DNA of 63,939 nucleotides, filler included, from Barthelona sp. PAP020 (GCA_040182905.1; 3 parts of 3 records of this genome joined end to end with filler, not necessarily neighbours in it), one strand, 5' to 3'. Shown: positions 30,501 through 41,153, numbered from the whole stretch's first letter. Numbers and translations are program-made. The notes: a model not told the origin generated them from the letters alone.

Positions 30501-31668
30501 ACTCATCATCCAAAACAGGAAACAAATTGATTAAAATGGTACTAGCACACAAACTACATAAAGCATTACCACGTAGTCCCTGAAGCAAAATATTAGAACC
30601 AATCAATCCCTGTAACATAGAAAATACCTCATTAGAAAGGGATTTATGTGTAGCGCTTGCAAATAACTGGGCTAAAAAACCACAACTCAAAAGAGAAAAC
30701 ACAGAAGGTCTAATATGTCCAGAATGTGTCTTGCTCCATTGTCCTAAAATATTTGGCAAAACTTGAGGAAACTTTTTCACTAAGCCTATCAAAAAGTTTC
30801 TATGATGAGAATGTTGGGGTTTGGGATTAAAAAAAGATACTAATGGATGATTGGATGGCAGTATTGAAGGTACAAAAAAGACCTCTTTTTCAATCAAAAA
30901 CCTATTCAAAAACTCATACATGTGATATCCAATATCATCAGAGTGACAAAGTAAAGTATCAAATAATGCTAAAAAATCACTGTCAAAATATTTTCGGCTG
31001 GCAACAACATTCAACTTTTGTAAATATTTGGAAAAATTCTCAAGAAATTTTGTTATTTCAAAAGGTGTATCATACTGTAACCCCTTTAATGCAGGACGAA
31101 CAAAGGAAGAAGGAATATATATGTTAGGATCATTAAATAAATCAGATAAATAATTAAGATAAGCTGAACGACTAATAGATTTATTGATTTTCTTTGAAGG
31201 TATAACAGTTGAAAGAATGTACGAAAATTCCCCCAGAAGATCAACAGTATACTTTGCAAAATTTTGTTTGCACAAACTTGAAAATAATTTGAAAAGGGCT
31301 TTATGTGAATGAAAAGCTCGATTCTTTGATAAAATGTTTCTCCAAAGACTACTTCTATCCATAACATTGGTACAAATCCTATTACAAGGAGCACCTAGTG
31401 AATACCGTATTATTGTGCTCAAACATTGCAATGAAAAATCACTAACTTGTCCAATTGGTTCATCTAACTGTTCAATTATTCGAAAAAATTCAATAGCATC
31501 CGGTGAGTCACTCAAATACATCATTAATAATCGAGAATTTCCTCCTGTTCGAAAATCAGATTGAACTGTTTGATGAAAAAACTGACATGCTGCCACTACT
31601 TCTTTAAAATTAGTACCAACTAACGCTTGAAGAAAATCGGTGTATTTCTCAAAAACTGGAGGAGGCAT
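27592..31668 (-). CDS. URB1: Nucleolar pre-ribosomal-associated protein 1 (URB1/Npa1)-like
   Basis: N-terminal YL..SP...E, R.AYL.YL, LKGL..D; C-terminal NopRA1-like LSLAS....VR..A and P...LY..V; about 1360 aa, helical. Confidence 0.65.
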   Translation of the reverse strand: MPPPVFEKYTDFLQALVGTNFKEVVAACQFFHQTVQSDFRTGGNSRLLMMYLSDSPDAIEFFRIIEQLDEPIGQVSDFSLQCLSTIIRYSLGAPCNRICTNVMDRSSLWRNILSKNRAFHSHKALFKLFSSLCKQNFAKYTVDLLGEFSYILSTVIPSKKINKSISRSAYLNYLSDLFNDPNIYIPSSFVRPALKGLQYDTPFEITKFLENFSKYLQKLNVVASRKYFDSDFLALFDTLLCHSDDIGYHMYEFLNRFLIEKEVFFVPSILPSNHPLVSFFNPKPQHSHHRNFLIGLVKKFPQVLPNILGQWSKTHSGHIRPSVFSLLSCGFLAQLFASATHKSLSNEVFSMLQGLIGSNILLQGLRGNALCSLCASTILINLFPVLDDECAPLFKQMFREIPGLLKKYCEHDSEAYNRAAIGIFRSLISFGRCFPAYISYLPEVMTILKYWSWDRVLSLRTTFLEYCSLVPHTIDMKSEESKMLLTVLVRYLGDFSTRSYAFAALTSIANYYIPQMEHVYPLIFSMIKTDVSAVLVNLIFEKQVLSFVELKNSIFEDDCPPLEMLGMYGGIPNVHPILVPKLFISLLFAALQGDTSVLPAFSHPDYSVEDLINYGDRFEDKYPIIEAIFENFTNLTPNILEIVVPVICFDHRFGTFVDFVFDYCVINGDLSMLLPVCKLVCDDESYTILKRVKKNEFNNQKWFFKQLGTVRPYLVVKVLHDNLELLRVVVSDSIISRFGLFDSVLVEEHHDTPLLNPLLLGTESPRSNIKAEEAFSMFKSLSQHNKFSTMLLSSEISEESSIMHQNLAVLFDIMLDDEDFIMNTFNIPPMLVQLFLHALHISDGIFNLQIWKVILACYVHDPTIIDEAGFAWSLEGGNSRQDNLKRVIDKFVAYSASTLAQVGETIVYLADSKREIVSYSKNNDTEHINHEFWTVFIAHTIGSEIIPVELFFEQRMLVPIVLSLASKHSVVRVKALYVCALILQNLQKHPHLVSYSSELIAILLNLQPHLASSKRLSLSIAVFLVNSLPIIESPGKKLYDIVTKSIVKLNTFEFPGYPTFLESGSVNSLLEMTFFFKILLNSVLTDGMWAKCKKIGLVSTLLEIPLWPNVSPQLYGDWLNIIINVLQHTLNGATDLLLSYNIGSVICLSRELHPRFRLVEFDEQLLKIVELLVNKIVVAGSSMQLVCFFIVNLWKTTDKLFHQSLQNVLHVLMLKSNIDLSFMFSLIDSKLHSIFIRLFDCNSLDTDHLLKEKFTEFSVLTNVSENYLKKGSDIELMQILHSNKHPTVLIKTINRMIQLLKLHSKDEDKKKDIVFENELSPTQYSEIIDIISKRYIKVFSKSQTRKNLKKIKKENKNN

Positions 31669-31851
31669 AAAATTAAACAAAGAAACAATTATTCCAATAT
31701 TTTTACTTCTTTATCAAATTCTTTCATTGATGCATAACACTTACAACAGTTTGAAAATAAATATTAAAATATCAATTTTACTATGACAACCAAAAAAACA
31801 AATAACATCAAACAACAAACGAAGGCTAGGACTTTACCGAAACAATTTGAT

Positions 31852-32371
31852 TTAAGCAATAAGTTGAACAGCTCCACCAACTTCTTTAATCTTCTTTTCA
31901 GCTTGAGCAGAGAAGTAACGAGCACGGACGATAACGGGACGGTTGGGTAAGTTACCACCACCAATAACCTTGAAGAAACCGGCTTGAGTGACATCAATAA
32001 CAGGAACTTCAGTAGATTCTTCAACCTTCTTCATGTCAGTTTCAGACAATAAGGCCCAAATACGTTCGACATTAATGGCAGGACTGAAAACTTTGTTTTT
32101 GTTAAAGTTCAAGGAACGCATACCAAGCTTACCGAAATAACCAGGATGGAATCTATCCATCATAATTCTGTGATGATGCATACCACCAGCGTTACCACGA
32201 CCACTAGGGTGTTTACGGTGCTTACCAACACGACCGTGACCGGCGGATTCGTGACCTCTTTTTTTTCTGTTCTTTGAAAGTCTGCTAACCTAAATATTAG
32301 TGATATTACATGTATAATAAAGGAATAAAGATCACAATAATGTGAAATATTGAATCATATCAACCAACCAT
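31852..32371 (-). CDS. RPL27A: 60S ribosomal protein L27a (uL15), two exons: 32371-32369 and 32289-31852; 146 aa
   Basis: Spliced product [55 protein letters not shown]...; frame joins exactly. Confidence 0.96.
32290..32368 (-). other. 79-nt spliceosomal intron directly after the ATG of RPL27A
   Basis: GTTGGT...CACTAATATTTAG; removal restores the conserved uL15 N-terminus. Confidence 0.9.
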
Positions 32372-32682
32372 TTGTGCAAAGAAAGTTTGGAGTAAATGAA
32401 AAAGAAATTTTTCCCACCAATTTTTTCAATTTTTTTTTTTGGTTTTTAGGGTTTTTGAAATAATTTCATTAAAATATTCTACATTTTTAATAACCAAAAT
32501 TATTTTCAATAAATATATATTTTTAAGGAAATAAAAGAAAATTTACAACACATATCCTTTGAAAATTTAAGAGTTTTTAAATAAATATTTAAATTATGTG
32601 TGTGAATGGTGTTGTTGATCAAAAATAGGGAAAAATAAATTCAGACGCCTCCTATTTTTGATTTTTTTTTTTAATGGATTAG

Positions 32683-33762
32683 ATGGTGGAACGAAAAGAA
32701 AAACACCAAAATTCGTGGATTAGACAAATTTATACGGGATTTAAAGCTTCAAAAGAAATCAGAAATGTTCATTTGTTTCTTCAAAAATCCAATGATTTGA
32801 AGCATATTTTAATACAATGTTTAATTGCAAATTTAGCTGTAATAATTGTTGGATTTTTTCTTTTACCAAGAATGTTAGAGTTAGTTTTTGATGTTTTAAC
32901 AGGTAATTCTAAATATCTGGCAAAAATATTTGCTCGTAATATATTAACATCATTTTGGAGTTTACCTGTATCTTTTATAAGAGCGATGATGAATGGAGTT
33001 TTTCATAATGGAATTGCAGCGACTTTATACAATTTATTGAGGCCAAAAACACCAAATTTATTACAAAGTAATGGGAAAATGTTGAATCCTAATCGCAGGA
33101 AAAGAATATTAGAGAGGGAAAAGACTTTACCATTTTATGACCAATTTTTCAAGGATGCTGTGATAAGGTATGGGTTGTTATTCATTCACACAATTATTTC
33201 AATGATAATTGACTCTATTTTTAGCTCTATTTCCAATCATTCATTGATTATGAACGTTCTTCAATGGTTTTTGAGGGCATTTATCTCTTGTTTTCTTGAA
33301 TGTGTTTATTTTTTTGAGCCAAGATTTATAAGGAAAGGAATAATTTTTACCAATTTATCAATAGTCGTTGAAAGTCATTCAGCTTTCTTCTTGGGTTATT
33401 CGTTTTTTTTTAGTTTGTTTACATCTTTTGAAATTAACTTTTTTTTCAATGGTTTTGAAAAACAAACTGCAGATGTTATTAATTTTATTTTAAATTGGGT
33501 TATTCCTGCTATAGGAGCTCCTATATTTACTGTTGTTGCTTGTACAATTCCGTTGGAACACATGTCTAAAGGACGTTCATATCTTCCAATTTTTGTCATT
33601 CACAGAAAAATTCTGTCATTCATTGCTGATCACTATTTTGGACAACCTGTAACTCAAGTAACTGTTTCTACTCCTGTAAGGAAAACTGTCAATTTTCAAC
33701 CTGAAAGGAGAACATATTCCAAGAGCTTTCTTTCTTTAACACCACCATTGAAAGAAATATAG
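32683..33762 (+). CDS. EI24: EI24/PIG8-family membrane protein
   Basis: QCLIAN, FWSLP......N......IA, YFFE.R...G......VE.H..FFLGY pattern. Confidence 0.7.
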   Translation: MVERKEKHQNSWIRQIYTGFKASKEIRNVHLFLQKSNDLKHILIQCLIANLAVIIVGFFLLPRMLELVFDVLTGNSKYLAKIFARNILTSFWSLPVSFIRAMMNGVFHNGIAATLYNLLRPKTPNLLQSNGKMLNPNRRKRILEREKTLPFYDQFFKDAVIRYGLLFIHTIISMIIDSIFSSISNHSLIMNVLQWFLRAFISCFLECVYFFEPRFIRKGIIFTNLSIVVESHSAFFLGYSFFFSLFTSFEINFFFNGFEKQTADVINFILNWVIPAIGAPIFTVVACTIPLEHMSKGRSYLPIFVIHRKILSFIADHYFGQPVTQVTVSTPVRKTVNFQPERRTYSKSFLSLTPPLKEI

Positions 33763-34377
33763 ATGCGTAAACACTTTTAAATCAATCACTACTGATTTTT
33801 GATAAAACTAACAAGTTTAATCGGTAGATAGTATTCATATGAGATTTTTACAGTTGATTTTTTTCTTGTGAGAAGGAAGTTATTAATATATTCACTTAAT
33901 TGATGTGGATTGTTTTTGTTGGTTGTTTCCGACGGTTTTTTTTTATAATTGAAAAGAAAATCGTGCCAAACCAAAATAAATTCAACAAAAATTATTTATT
34001 CAACTCATAGTCTATCCTAAGAATAAATTTTATTATTTCTTTTTGTTTAATCACACATATTGATGAAAAAAAAAAAAATTTTTAAATTGTTGTTGTGATT
34101 TTTTATTGAAACGTTTGAAAGTCAACAATTTCAAAGATTGGATTTATTCAAATAAAAATATTAAACAAACTTTTAGGAAATAAAAAAACAACAAAAATTC
34201 TGTTTGTGAAAAGAACATATAAAATGAAATAATAATCACAATTCTTAAAGATGAGGTTATTTAAGATTAAAAGAAGAAACCAAATCTTCTCTTTAACAAA
34301 AAAAAAGTGAACAAATAAAAACAATTGTTCTTGAAAAAAAATTCCGAAAAAAATTTCCTTTCTTTATTTCATTAAAA

Positions 34378-34816
34378 ATGTTCAATTCAAACATATTTGC
34401 CAATTTAACTGAAGTTCAAGAAGAAGAACCTCAAAAAACCCAAACAACTGGATCTACTGGTATTTTTTACTTGTGATTTTCTTTTTATTCAATTCTTTAA
34501 TTATTTATCACCACTAACGTCAGATTTTGAAGATGCTAAGAATGTTGTAGCCAAGGGTGCTCGTGACAACAGATCTCACAAGGACAAACAACATACTCGT
34601 AAAAGAGCTTTTGATCGTAAGTCTGGTCAAGGCAGAAACGATAACAGAAAAGGAACTTTTTATCGCGATAATCAAAACAGAGATGAAAATAAGACTGGTT
34701 TTGAAAAGAAGCCTCAATCCGAAAATGTTGAAGAAACTGTTCCCCAAGAAAAAGTTTTCAGTTTGGATCAATTCCAACAAAATAGAAAGCGTGTTGTTCT
34801 TAAAAAGAAAAACTAA
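34378..34816 (+). CDS. SERBP1/Stm1/HABP4-like RNA/ribosome-binding protein, two exons (34378-34459, 34524-34816), 124 aa
   Basis: Spliced MFNSNIFANL...KRAFDRKSGQGR...EKVFSLDQFQ; N.F..L, R.FDR.SG.GR and LD(E/Q) motifs. Missed by the ORF track. Confidence 0.75.
34460..34523 (+). other. 64-nt spliceosomal intron
   Basis: GTATTT...CACTAACGTCAG; removal joins the frames. Confidence 0.85.
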
Positions 34817-34965
34817 ATTTTGATAAAAATAATCTGTGTTTCAGACGGTTTCTGTTTTTTATTTTACCATCATTGAAATATTGCAATGTGGGGTATGCTA
34901 GAAAAAACCAAAACATTCATATTTAATTTTTTTTTTTTTCAAGAAAGGTTGTTCATTAACCTTTA

Positions 34966-37692
34966 ATGTCTGATTATTTATATGCTCTTCTTAGAGTTTG
35001 CATTGGTGAAACAGATAATTTATCCAGTCAACATGAAAATGTGATAAGATCCTTTTTCCCAATGTATGGAATTATATATTTTGGAATACCTTTTTTTATT
35101 GGTGTTTTTAAATTTAATGAAATGATTAAAGTTATTACTTATATTTTTTTATGTTTATTTTTTTGGATTTCAACTATAAAAGTCAACAGTTACAGAAAAA
35201 GTCGCTATAGTCAGTTTTATCTGTTTGGAGACCATTTAAAAATATGGGCTTTGATTAAAAATTGTTTTGTTGGTACTTCAGCAATCGCTTTAAATTATGT
35301 CATATTGGAGAAATTGGAGACGCTTTATCAAATAGTTTTTGTTACTGTAGCTTTTTTTTTAACATTTCAATTGTATTATACATCACCAACAAGCAGTTAT
35401 GCATCACAAATTGCACCAGATTTTACTGTAATGAGTCATAGACCATTATTGTTTATAATCAATGCTTTATTTTATGTGATACAATATTATTTACCTCATT
35501 TTGATGTGCTTCTCTTTGGTAACTATCATTTATCTCATGTGTTTATATGCAGAATTAGTGAATTATTTGGTTTGTTTGGTTTTTACTGTTTTGTTTTTTC
35601 TATTGAATCTGGAAGAATTTCATCACTCGGAAGATTCTTACATTGGCTGTTTGAAGTTGTGAATCATGTTTTTTTGGGACACAGCAGACGTGTAAGATTT
35701 CTCAGTGTTTTTATTGAATTTTTGTTAACCATTATTTTGTTTATATATTCTTTTTCTATGTTAAAACAAAATTTAGTTGTTGGAATGATGCTTTTTTTTG
35801 TTTTAAGTTATAATATTTTTATTTTCAGCAATATTTTTATGTTTCGAAAAATATTCAGCTCATTTAAGAAAATTGCTCATTTTTTGTTGATAAATGGATT
35901 TATTGCTGTTGTAACGCTGTGTATTTTTCGTTTCAACATATCATCCATTGTGATTGTAATTGTTTCTATCCTTTACATTATTGCTTTTAAAGGATTTGGA
36001 ATATTAAGAACCAATGCAATTTATGACCTCAAAGGTTTATCAGGTTATTCTTTCGATCCAGAAAAGGAAAATTTTGATGATGAAAAAACAACATTTTTAG
36101 ATTATTTTACCAGATGTTTCAGATTTTGTGCTAAGATTTGCTTACCCATATTAATCATCAAGCACTTAACCCAAGCAGAATCATGCAGTTTTGATGGATT
36201 AATCAATAACGATCTTCACACACATTTATTCATACTTATGTTTCATTATATATTTTCAATGGCCTATTATGAATTTAAAATCTTTGGTTTTGTTGTTATC
36301 ATTTTGAATATGATATTTTCATGGGATATAAATGCCTACCTTGATGTGCATCACTATTATTTTGGTATTTTCATCTGTGTTTGGATATATCGCTTTTTAG
36401 ATTTACATACTCATTCATTTAGTGGAATAAATAATGCATCGCTATTTTTGATGAGAGTCCCATTGGGTATTTTCGGAGTATTTGCATCATTCTTTGATAA
36501 TCATCTTAAAAATTGTCAAAGCCAACCGTTTAGTGTCGTTGGAAGTTGCTTACCAATGGGTAATTGGGTTGATCTCCATGATAAACTAACTATGAAACAT
36601 GTTTTATTACAATTAAGTGGTGTTAGAATGGAAAAAGTGCTAAAGAATTGGCTTATCAGTGGTAGATTTGGTGAAGTGCAATTCGGTGATGTGTTTATGT
36701 TGTTTGGAGATTCAAAAGACTATTTGTTGGAGATATTTGAGATAAACGAATTTTTTATGATATATAGTTTAAGATTACTCACTAATAAACAAACATTATG
36801 TCATTCACTTGAACGAAACGCGGTTGTATCTTTTATAAATGATGGCTGTTCTCTTGATTATGGAAATGAATCATTTTTCGTTACTAACTTGCTTTCTTTG
36901 AGTCCAGTTTTACGTATTCAGCGATTAGTTTCATTCAATACTGCAAATGCTTTTGATATTACTGAATTTGCAAATCCTTCTGATTTAGCTGTCTGTTATT
37001 GTGTTGCTTACAAATGGTTACAAAAGACCAATAGAATCGACATAGATTTTGAAAAGGAAGGAAATTCAAAGACAATTGGACCAGTATTCAGATCAGATTA
37101 TGGCTTGGAGTGTCGTGAAATTAATTTTCTCCGGTATTTGGTTGCATGCTATATAAGTCCAGAAAATATTAAACTTATCAAGCCTGATGAATCTTTTGAT
37201 AGTCAAAATGAAGTTGACCAACCATCCAAATATATTTATCATGACTTTGACGCTCACAATCATATTCATGGACTAGCCATTGTTATTTACAATGAATGTT
37301 TTGTTCTTGATCCAGGAAGTGTTGCCAAATTGACAGATGATGATCTTTTGAGAATGTTTTGTTCCATTTCATTTTTGAGGAGTTTAAAAGACTTAAATAC
37401 TATGAAAAAAGACAATGATTTTGTTGCATTAGTTCAAACAGACAATCCTATTCCCCATGTTCAATTATTGAGCACTCTTTCACAGAAGATGGGAGTTATC
37501 AGATACAATTCAAAAACAATATATAGAAAATGGGATGGTGAGGCAAGTTTAATATTGGCTTATCATGATACAAACTCTGAACGAGTTTCTATTCAGTCAG
37601 ATGCTGCATCTCTAAACAATTTATGTATCATGTTGGCACACCCACCCATTGGATATCCAGATGCAATCAGTGCCAAAATGGTTTCTTTTTAA
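34966..37692 (+). CDS. PCNX: Pecanex-like multi-pass membrane protein
   Basis: Many TM helices; pecanex C-terminal motifs GRFGEVQFGDVF, TLCHSLE, ERVSIQ....LNNL.....HPPIGYP. Confidence 0.8.
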   Translation: MSDYLYALLRVCIGETDNLSSQHENVIRSFFPMYGIIYFGIPFFIGVFKFNEMIKVITYIFLCLFFWISTIKVNSYRKSRYSQFYLFGDHLKIWALIKNCFVGTSAIALNYVILEKLETLYQIVFVTVAFFLTFQLYYTSPTSSYASQIAPDFTVMSHRPLLFIINALFYVIQYYLPHFDVLLFGNYHLSHVFICRISELFGLFGFYCFVFSIESGRISSLGRFLHWLFEVVNHVFLGHSRRVRFLSVFIEFLLTIILFIYSFSMLKQNLVVGMMLFFVLSYNIFIFSNIFMFRKIFSSFKKIAHFLLINGFIAVVTLCIFRFNISSIVIVIVSILYIIAFKGFGILRTNAIYDLKGLSGYSFDPEKENFDDEKTTFLDYFTRCFRFCAKICLPILIIKHLTQAESCSFDGLINNDLHTHLFILMFHYIFSMAYYEFKIFGFVVIILNMIFSWDINAYLDVHHYYFGIFICVWIYRFLDLHTHSFSGINNASLFLMRVPLGIFGVFASFFDNHLKNCQSQPFSVVGSCLPMGNWVDLHDKLTMKHVLLQLSGVRMEKVLKNWLISGRFGEVQFGDVFMLFGDSKDYLLEIFEINEFFMIYSLRLLTNKQTLCHSLERNAVVSFINDGCSLDYGNESFFVTNLLSLSPVLRIQRLVSFNTANAFDITEFANPSDLAVCYCVAYKWLQKTNRIDIDFEKEGNSKTIGPVFRSDYGLECREINFLRYLVACYISPENIKLIKPDESFDSQNEVDQPSKYIYHDFDAHNHIHGLAIVIYNECFVLDPGSVAKLTDDDLLRMFCSISFLRSLKDLNTMKKDNDFVALVQTDNPIPHVQLLSTLSQKMGVIRYNSKTIYRKWDGEASLILAYHDTNSERVSIQSDAASLNNLCIMLAHPPIGYPDAISAKMVSF

Positions 37693-38036
37693 CACTGTAA
37701 ATAGAATCTTTCCCTTTTTTTCATTCTGTTAATCAATAAATGTAAAAGAAACCTGACACATTTTTTGATAGTTATCATTTATTTCACAAGTCTTCAAGGA
37801 TAGCTTTTCTCTGAAAAGTCTGAAAAATTAAGGTTATCAATGAAAAATTGCATTCAAATCTACCGGAAAAGTAAAAATCGAGTTCTCTTCCTATCAATGC
37901 TTTTCTCTCCATGTTTCTGATTCTCAAAAAAATAATTTCAATAAAAATTGAAAAAATATATTTACAAAAATCCGATTCTTCAGTCTTTTGCAGTATAGAA
38001 GACGAAAAATAAATAAAAACAATATTGCCCAAAATT

Positions 38037-39818
38037 TCAATTCAAAATCAACTGTTCAGAATTTATATTTCCAATTTTCAATTCATATGTATGAACTTTT
38101 GCTAATTCCGCACTATGACAAACGTTGATAAATATGGGCTTTTCTTTCATCAACAAATTGAAATATTTCAAAGCATCTTTAGAGGGAATATTCCCAAAAA
38201 TTTCATCACCAATAACCACCATTGGTTTTTCCATATAAACAACAATCATTAAAAGTCGATGTTGTTCACCAGTTGAAAGAATAATTTCCCAAGGTTTAAC
38301 TTGATTGTAAATTGGAATTAAACTTTCCAAATCAAATAAAATCAAGGCTTTTTCAAATTCATGCTTCATATCATTTGACAATTGGTGATGAAACAGTATT
38401 TGAGGGAGTGTTTCTTCATAGAATAATGGTTTTTGGACTAAAACACTGGCTTTTAACATTGAAAATGAACCTGAATAAGGTTTCCAAAGGTTCATCAAGG
38501 TCCTAATAATTCCTGTTTTTCCTGAACCAGAAGGCCCTGTAATTGACAAAGATTCACCTGCTTTTAAATCAAAATTTAAAGGTCCTGTAATAGGTGGACA
38601 ATTTGGTGGTGAAATTACAAGATTTTGGAGCTGAACTGTGCAATCTTGATAATATGCGGAAGTTTCTCTTTTGGCTTCAGAATTTTCTTGAAGAATCTCT
38701 TCTAATTCCCCAACACGATGTGTATATCCTGCTAATTGAACACAAGATTCAACTAAAAGCACAATTTCACTCATATTGCTCATCAATTCATTTGTAGCAA
38801 AAACAGTTTTTAAAATCTTATCAATATATGTTGCTTTATGATATTTTTCTGTGTAAAAATATAAAAATCCAGGAATCATGAACCCAATCAAAACCTTTGC
38901 GGCTTTGAAAAAATTATTGATAAAATCTATTGGCATGTAACCCAATAAAACAGTTTTAGTATTTGACACGCAACTTGCTAGCTTAGAATTAAGATAAGAA
39001 TGATGATATGAATTTCCAGAAGTAAGAGCAATATTCTCTGCATTCAATTTAACCAGTAAATGGTGCGCTCTAAAATCTCCTTCCAAATGTTGCTGACGAT
39101 AAACCCTCACCGTGACTCGAGATGAAAGATAGAGAGATAAAAAAACAGAAATAGACAAAAATAATGTGGGTGTGAACCATAAATCTCCAAGAGTATCATG
39201 TAATGCAATAGACATTGTGATCACAGATAATATACAGTTAAATAGCTTTGAAAAAATAGACCAAACACTTTCACAAAATAATTGAGCATCTTTAGTGATA
39301 CGCTGATCTGGATTATCAACAATGTCAGTGGAAATCAAATGAAAGTAATTTTCATTGGAAAAATATCTACGATGCAAATGGTTGGATAAATTTTGTCTTA
39401 ATAGTGCCCGAAAATAACTGCTGCAAAATTTATAGAACATATTAATAAAGGAAAAACCAACAATCAACAGAATACTTCTGATAGTAACTGAATGAAACGC
39501 CGATTTATCAAAATTGTTCAATGCGTTCTTGAAAGAAGTTGGCAAATCAACCAGATAAAATCGAAAAATGGTGTTTGCAATGCTGAGAAATATCAATATC
39601 GTGAAGAACAAACCAACATTAGAACAAAATGATCCAAAAGAAAGAACCAACAATCTCTTTAACCTGTTAAAAAATAACCCTCCATATCCTGTGTAATGAC
39701 CAGATTCACTAGGTAAATTTTCGGTTGTTTCTTTTTCTAAAATATCAAAATCTTCATCTTCGGTGTCCAATTCAGCTTCTATGTCAACATCATTCAAATT
39801 TAAGAAAATTTCAGTCAT
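38037..39818 (-). CDS. ABC subfamily D half-transporter (ABCD4/PMP70-like)
   Basis: DNPDQRIT.D, EGDFR..H, NAENIA; Walker A GPSGSGKT, signature LSTGEQHR, Walker B VVIGDE; ATG at 39818. Confidence 0.88.
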   Translation of the reverse strand: MTEIFLNLNDVDIEAELDTEDEDFDILEKETTENLPSESGHYTGYGGLFFNRLKRLLVLSFGSFCSNVGLFFTILIFLSIANTIFRFYLVDLPTSFKNALNNFDKSAFHSVTIRSILLIVGFSFINMFYKFCSSYFRALLRQNLSNHLHRRYFSNENYFHLISTDIVDNPDQRITKDAQLFCESVWSIFSKLFNCILSVITMSIALHDTLGDLWFTPTLFLSISVFLSLYLSSRVTVRVYRQQHLEGDFRAHHLLVKLNAENIALTSGNSYHHSYLNSKLASCVSNTKTVLLGYMPIDFINNFFKAAKVLIGFMIPGFLYFYTEKYHKATYIDKILKTVFATNELMSNMSEIVLLVESCVQLAGYTHRVGELEEILQENSEAKRETSAYYQDCTVQLQNLVISPPNCPPITGPLNFDLKAGESLSITGPSGSGKTGIIRTLMNLWKPYSGSFSMLKASVLVQKPLFYEETLPQILFHHQLSNDMKHEFEKALILFDLESLIPIYNQVKPWEIILSTGEQHRLLMIVVYMEKPMVVIGDEIFGNIPSKDALKYFNLLMKEKPIFINVCHSAELAKVHTYELKIGNINSEQLILN

Positions 39819-40499
39819 AAAATGGTCAGAAAAAAAAAATCTACATGAAATCAATCAAGAAAAATAATTTATGTTTTAATCAAAAAAAAAAAAAGTAATC
39901 AAAAGTAATGATAGAAAACAAATTTAACATTGAGATTTAAAAGTTAAAAAAAAGAGCAATAAATTTGTGAAAGAAGAAAACCAAATGAAACTAAATGGAA
40001 TGATATTTCTTCTTTCAAAAAAAAAACACTTACTCAAGTCTAATTTGCAAATACCAAAGAATCAAAAATTATTGTTTGAGAAAATGGAAGAACACTTCAG
40101 TTCAAAAAAGAGAAATTGCAAAAGCCTGTTAGAAACATGATACAACACTAAATAATTTATATGGAAACACAAAAATAAAAATATTTAAATCCATTGGCCT
40201 AATAAATATCTAAACAAACTTAAAACCAAAAAATAGATATGTTCACGAACAAATAGTTAAATCAAATAAAAAATTTGCTCAAGAATTAATTTCAAGAGTT
40301 AGAATAAATGAGATAAAAGGAGAACGAAGACTAATTTTTTTTTTTTGAAAATGGCAATTAATAAGTATTAAAATTTTCAAAAAAAGTAAGCAAAATAAGC
40401 ATATTTATGAATAAAATAATCAAATGCAAAAAAAGTTATTTTTAAAACAATTTTTTCCTTTTTGAGACGAAAAAAATACCGTAATTATATTGATAATTT

Positions 40500-41153
40500 A
40501 TGGAAACAACTCATTCCAAACTAAAAGTACTGATTGTTGGAGATCTTAAAAGTGGGAAAACCAGTTTGTTGACCGCATTTTTAGAACGCACTTTTGGTGT
40601 TGGCTACAAAGCCACATCTTTATTTTCTAATGAAGATTATTTATATGAACGATCTGGTGAGAACTTTATTGTTACATTTTGGGATATTGCAGGTCAATTT
40701 CGAACTGAAAATGAAATTCTTTTGGAAAGAAACGAAAATAATGAGCAAAAACCAATGGGTAATACGTATTTGCCATTATTATTTCATGATAGTCATTGCG
40801 TTATTTTGTGTATTGATTCACAACAAAGACGAGGTTGGAATAATTCGATAGACTTTTGGATGAAATTGATTGAATGTCATTTACCTCCAGTAATTCCAGT
40901 CATTTGTACAATAACAAAAAAAGATTCTGAAACTATTACAAAAGATGATATAGACTTTGTAAAATCTCGTGGTTTTGAACACGTTATTTTAACGAGCAGT
41001 AAACTTTTAGAAAATGTCGATAACTTATTTTTTAAATCGATTGAATTAGCATTTGAACAATATTCACCTCAACAGCATAGCTCTTTAACACCTCGATTTG
41101 AAGATGATGGGTTTTATGAAAATGAAAAACAATCTAATTGCTGTTTTTTATAA
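40500..41153 (+). CDS. Divergent Rab-like small GTPase
   Basis: G1 GDLKSGKTS, G3 WDIAGQ, G4 TKKD, G5 TSSK, C-terminal CCFL prenylation motif. Confidence 0.85.
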   Translation: METTHSKLKVLIVGDLKSGKTSLLTAFLERTFGVGYKATSLFSNEDYLYERSGENFIVTFWDIAGQFRTENEILLERNENNEQKPMGNTYLPLLFHDSHCVILCIDSQQRRGWNNSIDFWMKLIECHLPPVIPVICTITKKDSETITKDDIDFVKSRGFEHVILTSSKLLENVDNLFFKSIELAFEQYSPQQHSSLTPRFEDDGFYENEKQSNCCFL

